DNA of 63,118 bases, counting the filler, from Rhabdomonas costata (Eukaryota): NCBI GenBank assembly GCA_019059605.1. It is 34 parts of 34 records of this genome, joined end to end, with 100 filler letters (N's around TTAATTAATTAA, not from the genome) between each part and the next. Parts side by side here need not be neighbours in the genome. Positions count along the whole stretch, not along the records: positions 24,184 to 25,943 come from JAHMHO010009465.1; positions 26,044 to 27,803 come from JAHMHO010009466.1; positions 27,904 to 29,663 come from JAHMHO010009467.1; positions 29,764 to 31,523 come from JAHMHO010009468.1; positions 31,624 to 33,382 come from JAHMHO010009469.1; positions 33,483 to 35,241 come from JAHMHO010009470.1; positions 35,342 to 37,099 come from JAHMHO010009471.1; positions 37,200 to 38,958 come from JAHMHO010009472.1; 26 more parts are not named here. One strand, written 5' to 3'. The notes under the pieces are model-generated. The model was not told where the DNA came from, did no database searches, and saw only the letters and a list, made by a program, of their open reading frames with translations. The stretch's first letter is position 1. Every line of letters starts with the position of its first letter. The translations under genes were made by a program, and so were the position numbers. Shown here one piece after another: positions 25,213-38,195 of this stretch.

Positions 25213-25641
25213 CTTCAGGAACTGCACGTCCTTGTACTCCTTGGCCATGCCGTCGATCTTCGGCGCCACCATCTTGCACGGCCCGCACCACGTCGCGAAG
25301 AAGTCCACCACGGTCAGGCATGGCTTCTGGATCGCCGCCTCGAAGTCCTTCTGCGTATGAACGTGCGCGACCCCTTCTGCGGGGGCCTTGGGCTTCTCCT
25401 CCTCCTTCTTCGCCGGAGGGGCTGGCTTCGGGGCAGCAGGGGCCTCCGCGGGCTTCTCGCCCCCACCCGAGGCCTTCCCGCCGAACTTCTTCACCCGCTC
25501 CAGAACCTTATCCGCGCTCGCGCCCTCCACACGGCTCTCTTCCGCGCTCCCCGCGGGCTTCCCATTCTTGAAGAACAGGAAGGTGGGCATGGACGTGATC
25601 CCGTTCTGCTCCGCAACGGCCTCCAGCTCGTCAACGTCAAC
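25213..25641 (-). CDS. Multi-domain (tandem) thioredoxin, internal exon
   Basis: cag|VDVDELEAVAEQNGITSMPTFLFFKNGK...VEGASADKV (end of Trx domain n), a Pro/Ala/Lys/Glu linker, then VVDFFATWCGPCKMVAPKIDGMAKEYKDVQFLK|gt (start of Trx domain n+1). Confidence 0.93.
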
Positions 25642-26493
25642 CTGTAATCCACACAATGACGCTGACTCCTTTTCACCGTTATCACAAATAACAAAATTTG
25701 TTGTGCCGCCGGCAGAACTAGTTAAAAGTAAGTTAAACATAGGGCGGGTCAGTTTACCCTCGCTTGTATACGCCCGCAACTGCTAGGGTTGCAAAGCAAA
25801 AAAAAAATTGCCCAAATCAACAGAGGCTTCGGATCTGGGGTGGGCAAGGGGAGGTTTCGGCTGCAACCGAATGCAACCGCAAGGAACCGATTCACATGGT
25901 CGGACTTCCTATCTTTCTTCGTCGCCGCAGCACGAGCCAACCCNNNNNNNNNNNNNNNNNNNNNNNNNNNNNNNNNNNNNNNNNNNNTTAATTAATTAAN
26001 NNNNNNNNNNNNNNNNNNNNNNNNNNNNNNNNNNNNNNNNNNNGTTGGTTGTTCCCGTACAAATTCTGAATCAAGAATGCGCAACCGAAACGTGCAAACA
26101 TCATCGGAGCAACCAGGCGCAAAACGCAAGCAAACCACCGGAAGGTAGCAGTTCCATACGCACACATGCACACATTTGTACGGGAACAACCCTTTCTTCA
26201 CCGCCTGGGCCTGACATTGACATCCGGACAACATCCGGCCAACATATGCCGCCTCGTGACATTGCCAAGGGCAGGCGGGGCCGCACGGGTGCACCAAGCA
26301 CACACCACCGGCCTCACCACCCCCATCCTCGTTCGTGGGCAAAGCACCCGATGGGCAGCATACGGTTTTGGGGCCGCAAGAAAAATCATCCCGTGAAGCT
26401 AACTGCGACGGGAGGGCACCCCCTCAGAGAGACATTCATAACTCGAACTGAAGAAATGGTATCCCTCCAGCCAACTAAGCAGCGATGTGGGAC

Positions 26494-27213
26494 CTTTAGG
26501 TTGAGGAAGTTTGCGGCCATGATACAGTCCACAAGGAGCTCGTGCTGCTTCTCATCGCCCCCTTTGACCTGGGGAAAGGAACAGGTGTGAAACTCACCAC
26601 GCAAGCGACACATATGGAACAATCCCCAGAAGCAGACCAAAGGGGGCAAAGATATAGCAAGGCATTCCACAACGTCCGGAGGTGGTCTGGGAAGGATAGG
26701 CACAACCTAGCGACCCGATTACGGTATGGGGACGGACAGACTTGACCTCCAGATGACATCCAGGGTTTGCGTTCAGTGCCATCAGCGTCGCACTTCTCTG
26801 CAACACTGTTCATTCCGCACTGAGCATCGCTCTGGTGCCCCAAGTCGTTTCTCATATGAGGGGCTGCAGCCTCGAAAATTGGATTTTCTACCGTACATAC
26901 TCACGTTGAGCGACGCAGAGCGTCCTGCATACAACTGCGCTGATGCAGCCGTGACAACCCACCAATTAGTACATTTTACAATCCCGTGTCGTCACATCCA
27001 CAAGGCATATTAGTAAGTATTGTGTTGGCGATGAAGGCATTGGGTGGGGCCAATCCTTCGCCCAAAGAAAGGGCAGAGGAGAGAGACGGTGGGCCACACC
27101 AAGTCGGTATAGAGAAAGTCCCTGTCCCACCTGGAGATAAGGCTGTAGGAATCGTCGTCCAACTTCCCGCGCAGGGGCTTCTCAATTCGTGCTGGGAGAT
27201 TGTTATAGTGGTG
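26494..27213 (-). CDS. SKP1: SKP1 family protein (exons 27213-27100, 26568-26494)
   Basis: HHYNNLPARIEKPLRGKL...ISRWDRDFLYTDL|VKGGDEKQHELLVDCIMAANFLNLK. The IEKPL, WD..F and AANFL motifs are present; phase-0 GT-AG intron. Confidence 0.9.
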
Positions 27214-27911
27214 CTGCGAAAGAGAGATCCGAACACTGAGCCACTGAGCGAAGCCTGACAACGAGGATAAGGTCCAATTTTTGGAGGAGGCAGCCGGACT
27301 AACAGCCTCAGCATGGGAGCTTGCAGTCAGATTACCCCCCCCCCCAGAAAAGAAAACAAGCCGAGCATCAACATGCACGTTGTCCGCAACGTACCAAAAC
27401 CGACAAGAGGGGTGGCGAAATCCAGGCGGTATGCGAACCGCGCCATCACTGATCTTTGCATTTAATGTCTCTCCTCAAGGCAGCAATAGGAACCTATACA
27501 TGGTCTCGGTGTCCGAGAAAACAGGGACCTCGTCATCAAGAGGCAGGGATAGACGGACACAAAGAAAAGGCCGAAAAGAAGCACCCTCCCAGTATTGCAC
27601 GTTCCTCATAGCTGCTCATAGCTGACTTCGCAATAATAAACACACACACACACACACAGAGAGAGACACCAAAATTCGCCTAAATAATGCGGAATGGAGA
27701 AAACAGCTCACGCTTATCTATCCACACAAACACACACACCTACCCGCGCTTCACGCATCCAAACGATAGAGAAACACAAATAACCACAACCGCACACAAC
27801 AAANNNNNNNNNNNNNNNNNNNNNNNNNNNNNNNNNNNNNNNNNNNNTTAATTAATTAANNNNNNNNNNNNNNNNNNNNNNNNNNNNNNNNNNNNNNNNN
27901 NNNGGGGTGTT

Positions 27912-28891
27912 GTCCATGAAGGCGTCCTGGCTGTGGGCGGTGGCCACCATGACGGTCTTGCAGTTGCCACCCAGGCTGTCGCGCAGCACCTGGGTCATGA
28001 AGCTGTTGCGGTACGGCACATGGTCACGCCGACCCTCGGCCTTCTCCGACAGTGCAATGATAACCTTTGAAAAAAGAGGAAAATGCACAGCACAGGTTCT
28101 GACGAAGTAGCTACATCGCTATGAATGGTAGAAAAAACTGTTATGCGACAAAAATCTGTTAAACGATAAAAGTCTTTTTAACGCAAACCCAAAACGATCG
28201 AGCGATGCAAGGAGTAGATGAGGGTGGTTGCGCAATGTCATTCATCCTTGAAGGAGGTACATCAGTTGGGCAAGTGAAGGAAACGAACTAGCGAAACGGA
28301 TAAAAAAAGAGGAAGCACGAAAAGAAGAGGGAGAAAGTAGAAGCGAAAAGCATAGAAGGGACAAGGGCTTAGCACCACGACTTTCGGGGGAAGGATCATG
28401 AAGAATCATGAGTTTTCCGGAAAGCAAAACAGAACACGGAGGCCCCTTTCTCACTCACCTGCTCCAAGAAATGCAGCGAGAGGTTGATGTACTTCGCCTC
28501 CGTGAGCTGCGTACCCTCGATCCCCGTCCGGCTTACCCTCTCGCTCCTAAGGTCGAGCAGTGAACATAACACATTGCAACTTTTCGAAGCGTTTCAGTCA
28601 TCTTTGCGAGTAAAGGGCCGGCGTGGATGGGGAGTCGACAAGGAGAAGGGTGTTTCTCGTACAGATGGAAACCTCTCACCACATTGCAAATCACAAATTA
28701 CATATGGCTCGTGCCGAAAGTGAACCCAAGGAATTCTACCACCGCACGGAGAGGTAGCACAATTGGGTTTGCTCTTGTAACTCACTTTGACGTGAGACAA
28801 AGACAAGCCATTACTTCTCAACACTGGCAAAGAGAGAGGGGATGACATATACACTCACCCGGCAAGGTCGACGAGGTGAAGCTTGGAGCGT
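27912..28891 (-). CDS. Kinesin-9 (KIF6-like) motor domain (exons 28891-28859, 28546-28459, 28064-~27912)
   Basis: [48 protein letters not shown]...[46 protein letters not shown] is the KIF6-type signature. Confidence 0.92.
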
Positions 28892-30297
28892 CTAACCACA
28901 GGGCTGCCCGGTTTCTTTGCTGCGAAGGTGGTGATGGTGATGATGGGAGGGTGATAGGAGGGCAATCCCACGCACCTTCCACGTTTCTTGCCACGGGTAC
29001 AATGACGAAACAATCAGTGATCACACGATCCTTCTCGGTTGTGGCCTCGAGCCCAGACCCTGCTGCAAGAGTCCTGGCCACAAGCCAACACATCGCGGCC
29101 GTGGTTTTCGTAGAATTCAGAAACGTATATGCAGGTCTGCCTGACAAAAAGGTCGAAATAAACGAACTTTCCACACACGGCGATCCCCTCCCCAACCAGA
29201 AGAAGGAAAAAAATGAATACTGGCAAGAAAGAAAGTGCGAAGCAAAAAAATTGCAAAGAAGTGCCATCAGGTCCTCTTTGTCCCAGGTCCACTTTATACC
29301 TAAGGACCCCATTACAAGCAGGTTTCAGACGGATTTCCGTCTCTTTCAGCAGTGGGCACTGGTGGTGACCGGCGCGGGGACCCAAAAACACGCCCTTTTA
29401 ATTAAAAGGGAGTCACCAATGCGACGTATGCGAGGTGAAAAAGAAAATTGCTCATATCTACGGTAAGGCTGTGTGAGAGCGAACCTGAAGCAGGCCCGGG
29501 GACTTTTTTGAATACCGTATACAGTCTCAGACCGGTGCCCAGCCGTGCCCCTTGGCGAATCTTCCTTTTTATCGTGTGCCGCTTCTTTACCCAGCGCAGC
29601 GGAGGGTTTCACGACGACACCCACAACGTACAGACCAAAACCCCACCAACCACACCCACCACANNNNNNNNNNNNNNNNNNNNNNNNNNNNNNNNNNNNN
29701 NNNNNNNTTAATTAATTAANNNNNNNNNNNNNNNNNNNNNNNNNNNNNNNNNNNNNNNNNNNNGGGGTGGTGTTTGCGAGGCACTGTGCAAATCACTTGC
29801 TCTGAGTATGTATTCTCGGGTTGGACTTCGATTCTGCCCTTATCAGGGGCATGCTGGTCCCTGACGCCTTTCAGCCTTTCAGGAGGACTTCCTGATGGTG
29901 GGCCTCGGGCTCGAGCCACGCCACGACTCGGATGACCTCCCTTTGAGCGTCCAGCTTAGGGCTGTGGGACGTTGGTGGCGGCGCCTATAGCACGCCACTC
30001 TGAAAGCACCAAAGATCAATCGCTAGTCGCCTGGTTTGTTTTCTCGACGCAGAGAAACCCTTCGGCCAGCACAAGTTCTCTGAGAGACTTGATTTCTTTG
30101 GAAGGCGCACAAAATAATGGAGATATATGCCACGCGTAAAGGTGGGCAGAACAGGCCACGTGGGTGCAGTGGCACCGGGCTATGAAATAAGAGAAAAAAA
30201 GAGGGCAAAGAAGAAAAGGAAGGCTGGGCAAGGCATGCAGCAAGAACGCGACAAAGCGCTCGCGCGTTCTGGAGAGGTGGGTGTTGGGCGAACGCAC

Positions 30298-30447
30298 CGA
30301 GGCGTCCAGGATTGTGATCCTTCCGGGGTAGGCTTGCATGGAGAGGCGGCGAAGACCAGCGCAGACCCCGCCAAGGCATAGCACCCGCCGTAGCGAAAGA
30401 AATGACAGGACCTCGCAGAGCACCTCAAACAAAAACCGCAGGAGCAT
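30298..30447 (-). CDS. Probable first exon of an F-box-like protein
   Basis: MLLRFLFEVLCEVLSFLSLRRVLCLGGVCAGLRRLS resembles the F-box consensus L..E.L..ILSFL.......L..VC...R.L. It ends at a gtgcgt donor. Confidence 0.45.
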
Positions 30448-31755
30448 TCTCTGTCTACCACCAAAAAACCGCGGGGAGAAAAAGCTGTTGTTGGCAAAGA
30501 GAACAGAAATATACAAAACTGTTTCGGACTAATCATGGTCCATCAAATGCGCTAACTAATAGATTTCGACACGGAAAAGTCTTTCTCAGTACAATAAAGG
30601 CACTAATTGGAAATTGGATCAAAGTTTGCAAGCGGTGGAAGCGGTGGTTAGCAGCTGGAGCGAACGCCCCAGCACTAGTCCATGGAACGGCCGAATGGAA
30701 TGCATGAAAAAAACCCGTTGCTCGCTATTAAGCACCGCGGTTCTGGAGCCAAAATCCTTGCCAAACCAAACCAAAGGACACACATTTCCTGAGATTTAGG
30801 TTTGTCGGAAGTAATCTGAATGCGACCGAGATCCACTCCAAAGTCAAAAAGCCACTTGCGTAGCACTGTCAACCGCTGTGTGCGTGGGTTGTGGTATGAG
30901 CGACACAGAAATTCCCTCCCAAAATGCCGATGAGAGGGGGAAGATGACACGATCAGTCACGGAGCACTCTCTCCACAACTACGACCATATATTACGTCAA
31001 TGAAGGCTCGCAGTCGACCTGGGCGTAGTGCTGGGTGAGGTTCACCCCACAGCCCCAAGCCGTGCAGTATAATCCGCAACGGTTCTCCCCTGTCCCACCC
31101 TCAAAAAAGTTGGCACAAGGGAATCGCTCACAAGGTTTGAAGCTGAAGAATGGTTGGGATCTTTGCATGGGTAGCATGCCTCGGTACTCCTGTGACGTCC
31201 GTCCCTGCGCCCTCAATCAGCACGTGGAAGATTCAGACTGCTGCTTTTCCTTGTCTTTTTAGTACCCGGTTCGTGCAGAGGCAGCGGAGGGTTTCTCGCG
31301 GGCACACCAAGATATCAATAAGTTTATTTCAAAATGCAGAAGGTCTTCTGACATTGATGACAGCTCTAATTACGTAGAAGCGCAACCTTTTTCGTCGCTG
31401 TCGGATGGCGAACAAAGAACCACTGGGACCAGGTCAGCAGCTTTTAATATACGAGGTCTCCACCACAAGAGCCGCAGGTGCGAGGCTGAAACTTGAACCA
31501 CCCACCCACCCCAAACCACGAGANNNNNNNNNNNNNNNNNNNNNNNNNNNNNNNNNNNNNNNNNNNNTTAATTAATTAANNNNNNNNNNNNNNNNNNNNN
31601 NNNNNNNNNNNNNNNNNNNNNNNTTTTTGGGGTAGACAAAGCGATCGGGTGAACACACTCTAGCTGAAGAAGCAGATAAGCACTGCAATAGTCATGTCTG
31701 TGTGCGCCAGTGGGAAAGAGTTCTGTTGGAGAGGGGAGGGGCAAGAGGGGCAAGC

Positions 31756-33354
31756 CTGCTCGTAGTCCGCCTCGGGGTGCCCCAGGAGAAGGTGCAGCAC
31801 CACGAAAAGCTTGGGGAAGAGCTCCTCCGCGAGCAGCCGCAGCAGCCCCTGCGGGCCCAGCAACTCGGACCACGCCGTGACCTGCCGCAGCACCCCAAAG
31901 TCCTGGCGGTACGGGTGAAGCTCGCACTGCTGCAGCGCGGTGGACAGCCCGGGCACAATGTAGCGCTGCAGGAAGGCCTACCCCCACCCCCACACGAACC
32001 TCACCGATTATCCCGCAAGCATTCTCCGATATTTCTCTTAAGCGCACTTTCCCCGACACCGCTTGCTGATCCGGAAGCACAAGTCTGTGGCCCTTGTCAT
32101 ACAGGGTGACACCCCACAGTCGCAGACTTTGAAAATCGGCGATGGGATTAAATGACTCCCAGAGCGTTCTAGCCTTCTGCGGCACGCAACCAACACTTCA
32201 AGAGCGGCCTAAAATCATGACACCAGCATTGACCCGGATGCAACCCACACACCAAACTAAACCCGGTGCAGGGATTAGCAACCAGGGACGGACCACACTC
32301 TGCACTAACTTCTCACCACTGACCTTCAGCACCTTCAGCATCCATGTGGCCAACGAGTTGTGGTGTCTCACGAGTCTATGCCATACTCGTTGCATCCTTC
32401 GCTCACTGCAAGTACCTCCATATCCGTGGGTCGGAACACCCCCCACCATGGGGTCAGCAGGTGCAGTGGGGAAGTGTCCCGTGGGGTCCACTTGGACGCC
32501 CGCATCACTGCCCCAAGCTTGTGCCGGATGGCCTCGTATACGCCCGCCTGTGTGTTTGTATGGTGGATGTGTTTGAGGATGTGGGCACGACCATTTTGAC
32601 GGCAACACACCAACGGACAAAGGGCAAGGCAAAATATCGGTTATGTCCCTGCCTCATATCCTCCTAGTAGAAATTAGGCGATCTTCTATGTATTGTTCCC
32701 ATTCTTTTTTTTCACTGTGGTGGGGAAAGAAAACACCGTGGATGATGCTTTTACCCACCCACCCTCGCCATTTCCTGTTCGACTGCCTGAGTTCTATTTC
32801 TTGATTTTAACTGTTTGAGTACAAAAAGTTCCCGTTCTCTGCGTTCAATTTCTCGCAGGCGAATGGCTCTGTGCTTAGAGGTAACAATTGGCTTGATCTC
32901 CAATCTGAGGGAGGGAGGAACCATTGCGTACCCTCAACGTAAGCATACCAGCAGAAGGATGAGGACGAGGATGTGTGAATGCGCTGAGCGCTGATAACTT
33001 CCGCGCGATAGTTTGTCTCTGTGATGACAATGCTTTCTGCACTTGTGAACTGTGAATGTGCCCGCATTCTGTTGGGCTCGTGCACCTCCTATGCAGGCTC
33101 CCAGACCCACTTTGATGAAGGACCCCGCGAGACGTCGGCACATCACCTCTGGTACAGTCTTGGGCATCTGGTTCGCGGGTCTCTGGCTCGCAAACGGTCG
33201 TCAGGACGTGTGAGTAGGCGTGCGTTGTGCGTTGTACCTGCTCCAGCCTCTTCTGCAGCAGGGGTAGCCAGGGGTGCAGCCATTGGTGGATATTCACCGT
33301 GGCCCGTCGGGGGTCCCAGCCCTCCACGCAGCGCTGCAGCCTCTGCACCACAAC
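31756..33354 (-). CDS. TFIP11: Tuftelin-interacting protein 11 / Ntr1 spliceosome disassembly factor, GCFC domain (exons 33354-33238, 32547-32416, 31977-31756)
   Basis: LQRCVEGWDP...VNIHQWLHPWLPLL..RLEQ|..YEAIRHKLG...W.P.D.S...LL.PW.GVF...|AFLQRYIVP.L...ELFPK....L...L..P..DYEQ. All three exons are phase 0. Confidence 0.9.
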
Positions 33355-33699
33355 CTGCAAACCACCACCACCACCACCACCANNNNNNNNNNNNNNNNNN
33401 NNNNNNNNNNNNNNNNNNNNNNNNNNTTAATTAATTAANNNNNNNNNNNNNNNNNNNNNNNNNNNNNNNNNNNNNNNNNNNNGGGTTTTTGGGTTGTACT
33501 GTGTACATCAATAAATCGAGGAGACGGGCAGTCCAGACAAAACCTTCCCTAATGGCCTTCCACCAGTGCTACCACATAGCCAAGCACCAAGGATGACCCA
33601 CGACGAAGGGTAAGAAACGCCAGTCTGGAAGGCAGAGGGCAGCTTTTTCGCGGTAATGCAGGCGGACCCAGGTTTGGGGAATGTCAAAGGCGGACGTAC

Positions 33700-34725
33700 C
33701 TTGTACATGGGGATGGTCTGGATCTCCAAGCACAGCCTCCGAACCTGCAGCAGCGGCCGGCACAGCTCCCGGTTGAGGATGAACAGGTTGTCCTCGAGGT
33801 AGTCCTTGTACCTTTATTTTTGAAGGTGGCGGGAGCCAAGGTTGCAGTGGTGAATTCGACAGTTAGTTATCCTCCCACAGGTAAGTCAGCCATTGCCAGT
33901 CGACATTTCTTGTTGACAACGCCCAAGCAGTAAAATGAGGACAAATGAGAGCTCGCAGCACGGTCCCATTGGTTTCATTGGCTTTTTATTGCATACGTTT
34001 ATCCGGGGCACCTCAAAGTCACAACTGTGCATTACATCAGGCGTTTTCAGACTGACTCTGACTCTGGTGGTGTTAAAAAAAAGTGTATAAGCCGGAAGGC
34101 AGAGGCGAGAAGCAGTGTGATGGAAAGGATCGAGTGACGAGCGAAACTAAATCCCCTCGCAAGGAATTGCAAGTCCACACTCAGCCAGGTCTCAACAGCA
34201 ACATGCACAGGCAAGGCAAGGCAAGGCAAGGCAGAGCCAGATACTTGTTGATCGTGGTGCGGCGGATGTACTTCCTCCAGAAGTAGAACGTCTTCCAGCG
34301 CCGGAACTTCCGGAAGAAGGGGATCTGGAACATGCTGTGGAAGATCCCGTGCTCCCGCACCCACTGCCCCAGCGGGGTGAAGTCCGCGTCCTGCCGGATC
34401 AGGTGGGTCACCCTGCGACGGCACCCACCACCACCACCACCCTTGGGACCTAGCAAAGTTCAGATTTTCGAGGAAACGGGAAAAAAGTCTTACAGACTTT
34501 CCTATTCTTGGAAGCTGCTCGGGATGGCTTTACAGCAATGCACTGTAGGGCATGAAAATATATACCCTTTGGAGGACATGGTGCAGTAGTTGTCCGGGTC
34601 GATCTTGTCGTGGGAGACCACCCTGAGGTTGTACGGGTTGAACACGGAGCGGTCCGTGGGCTTCACCACCTTCAGGTACACGAACTCCTTGGACTCCGGC
34701 CCGCTGGCGTCTTCCGACGCCGCCG
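33700..34725 (-). CDS. Axonemal inner-arm dynein heavy chain N-terminal region, DNAH6-like (exons 34725-34566, 34412-34245, 33811-33700)
   Basis: FVYL...FNPYNLRVVSHDKID...YCTMSSKG|VTH....ADFTPLGQWVRE...F......IPFFRKFRRWKTF..WRK...|...LEDNLFILN..L...LLQVRRLC. Intron phases are consistent. Confidence 0.8.
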
Positions 34726-37700
34726 CTGCAGAGGGAGGAATAAGAAAAGAGGCCTCGCACATCACACACATGTGCTTGCACACAGCACAAGGAGTGGAGG
34801 GATCGTGAGCTGTTAAAAAGGAGACCCTGTCGCCATGTCGCCATCGTTATAGAGGCGAAGGGGTGATCAAAAATTCATAATCAACCGAGCGATTATGACC
34901 TGATGCTGATGAGAGGCAGTGATGAAATGAAGTGACACACAAGAAGGCCACACCTTGAGCCCGGAGCTTGCTGATGAACCAGAAAGGGGAGGAGCGGTCC
35001 TCGACATCCATTGGTTCCTCCGTCGTCTAAAAAAAGGCGGAAACAACAGATGGAAGAGCGTCTTTCCGAAGTAATGATGGGTGAGGACGGGGCAAACCAC
35101 TGCTTGGCAAAATATCGCTATGGACATTTTTATTTCTTTCATTTTATGAGACATGATGGTAAACACAAAGGGTGAGCTAGCAAGGCAAAATCGTTGAAAA
35201 CACCTCAACATTCTTCGAACTGCTGTCTGGACACCACACACNNNNNNNNNNNNNNNNNNNNNNNNNNNNNNNNNNNNNNNNNNNNTTAATTAATTAANNN
35301 NNNNNNNNNNNNNNNNNNNNNNNNNNNNNNNNNNNNNNNNNGGGGTTGCTGCCCGCGGTGCCCATCCCGCCGTGGCCCGCACCCCCGAACTTTGTCTCAG
35401 GGCTGTTCACGCGCCCCAAGCCCGCAGCCAGCCCCTTGGCAACCGCAACCACTAGCATGTCAAGTCCACCCGTTGTACAGCTGTGTGGGAGCTCATCGGG
35501 GCGCCGGCTGCCTGCAGTATACGTGTAGCATGGTGGTGGCATAGGATGACGTCCAAACTTCGTCACGTTTTCCCGCATATCCAAACTGAGGACAGATAAA
35601 TGTTTTGCCACCCCGGCCCCGTGGCCGAGGGGGATTTTCTGCCCTCCTCAGAGAAAAGGCCCGCAAGTCCGATTGATAAAAAGAGTAAAACTTTGACACT
35701 GTCCAAAGGAACCGCGATTGATTGAATGCAGCGCGAAATCCAATTGAATAAAAAGATTATCGCGACAATGTAGCCGCAAAAGAGGGGCTGCAGTGTCCCA
35801 AAAGTGCACTGTAAACAAACGCACGCCGAATGAAAAAGGTGCACCATATACGGAGCAGACAGGCAATTGGAGAGGAGTGCTGGAAAAAAAAAGTGCACGG
35901 AGTACAGAAACAACGCAATCGAACGCCAGGGCTGCAAGTGTCAGAAGGCTCACATGAAGGGGGGCGTATCTTGGGCCAGCATCCATCAAGGAAAGAGTAA
36001 AGTTTACACGGGGGAAAAAGTAAAGCAGTCAAGGCGGGCCACGAAGGGAAACGGTCACATTTGGGTGGAGTGCTTGGATATGGAGTGCAATAAAACAAAA
36101 CAAAAAGGAAGGGTCTTTTCTTTCCATCATCGCTCTCCTTCACGGGTGTGTTTCTTTTCTGTCTTTACATCGCACAAACATACACAAACACGAACAAACA
36201 GACACAACTGTCCCCAAGTCAAAGAATAAAGGTATGGAACTGTACTGACATCCTGGGTAGCCTGGGCTAACAAGCGCAGAATGCGAGGTGCCCAGGAAGG
36301 GAAAAGGTCGGGACTCGGACGCACAGTAAAAGTATAATGGAACGTGACAGCGAGCACAAGGGAGCGTAAGGGCTACTAAGTGTGGATAAGGTCATGCAAA
36401 AACGAGGGAGAATGCTCCCAAAACGAAAATAGGAACACTGGAAGAGCATGGAGGAAGGATGCGAACGTGGACATCTAAATGAGAGGATGCAAAACCAATG
36501 GGTGGTGGATTCTGAGGCCTCCGGTGAATGCCACTACTAGACCCACTAGCAGATGCCCAATGGTACGATTCATGCCAAGATGAGATGGATGGATGGATAA
36601 TTTGATGATAATTCGAGAGAATATATGATTGCTTAACCTTCCCCGTTGGGTATTGCGGGCCATTTGGGTTAGGATTGTGTGCAGTGTGCTCTTCATATCT
36701 CGGATTCAGGTGCGGAGTGAGCTGAGCCTGATGCAGGAGACGATGAAAATGGTCACCCCTCCAGCGATCCCAGCCAGTGCTGTCCTTACACCCTTTGTAG
36801 GTCAAGTGGGGGCTGTTATGCTTTGGGAGGAGTGAAGGACATTTTAATTACTAACACCCTCATTTTAGTTTACCTGACCCCTCACTGAGCACTTCCCACT
36901 GAATGAACTTGCAGATGCATTTTGCATCTTAGATGTTGCGTCTGGGCTCCCCAGAGATGGATCGGAGGTAAATGCCGAAAGAATGACTTGGTCCGCTGAT
37001 GGTGCCTGCTTTTTGCATTATAGGAATTCAACTCGGTTGAGGACGAAGTAACGAAGTCGCCCTTTTTTCTTGGCGTTCTCAAATCCCCCAACACAAAACN
37101 NNNNNNNNNNNNNNNNNNNNNNNNNNNNNNNNNNNNNNNNNNNTTAATTAATTAANNNNNNNNNNNNNNNNNNNNNNNNNNNNNNNNNNNNNNNNNNNNC
37201 CGCCTCTGATCCTGAAACTCTCTTTCTGAAACCTCCCCTCTAAGCAACCGGCAGCTGGCTTCTCCACCTTTGCTCTGCACACTGCCTTCTCCCAAAAGCT
37301 GTCCTTACGAACTGCCTGCTGCTCTCGCACAGCTTTACGAATTTCTTGAGCTCTTTTTAAGCCTCAACTGATCTCTGCTCTTTGAAACGAATTCGTCTGA
37401 GCTCCTCACCAACTTCCCTGACTAAACAAGCTTCCAAACTACTGCGAAAATTGGTCTGGCAGTCTCTTTTTAGCTTTTTCTAACAAACGTTCTTCCTACT
37501 TATGCTGGGCCGTGACAGAGCACGACAGCGTCAGTGTGCATGCGGGATCCCCAAACTGGGGCAACTCAGCAGAACAGAGTTTTATTTTTGGGGGAAGAGC
37601 ATACGGGATTAAAAGCAGAGGTCTCTTCTGGAGAAAGGAGTTGCGGCGATCAAAAGAGTAGTAGCAGGGTTCTTAGGTGCTCGAGGGGCAGCAGGGGCGT

Positions 37701-38195
37701 ATGTCGACAACCAACGCATAGCGACACCGAACTCGAAGACGCAAGCCACAATTCATGGAAAGAGAGAGGCTATACAAATCAATTGCCTCCGATCCTCCAA
37801 AAAGCAGTTACTGAAGTGCTTCTTTGTGTATGACACTGCTATTTTTTAGATGAAGAGTTCCCGCTGGCCCGACCGTTGGTGTTATAATAAAGACACGGGC
37901 AGAAATGGCGCATTCAAAGCCACCCTGGATCTCACCAACAAAGGAGTGCCAACTCGAGCCTGGGTGTGTGACAATATAGCCAAAACCGCATTGAAGTGCA
38001 GAGCAGAACATAAACAGTACGTTCGGCGATGAACGACCCTCTTCCCACCGCTTCCTTCCTAGCTCCCCAAGCCGCCATGCCCGCAGCGGTAAACCATACA
38101 CTTCCCAACCCACCACAACCACCATCGTAGCCCACCCCTTGCTACAGCGCCACCCGCCAAGCAGTCGCAGGCGGGCTCCCACCACACAAACACCA

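Noticed and set aside
26494..30447. SKP1 near an F-box gene, and kinesin near dynein genes, as a functional cluster
   Set aside because: They lie on separate contigs joined artificially, so the order is not physical.
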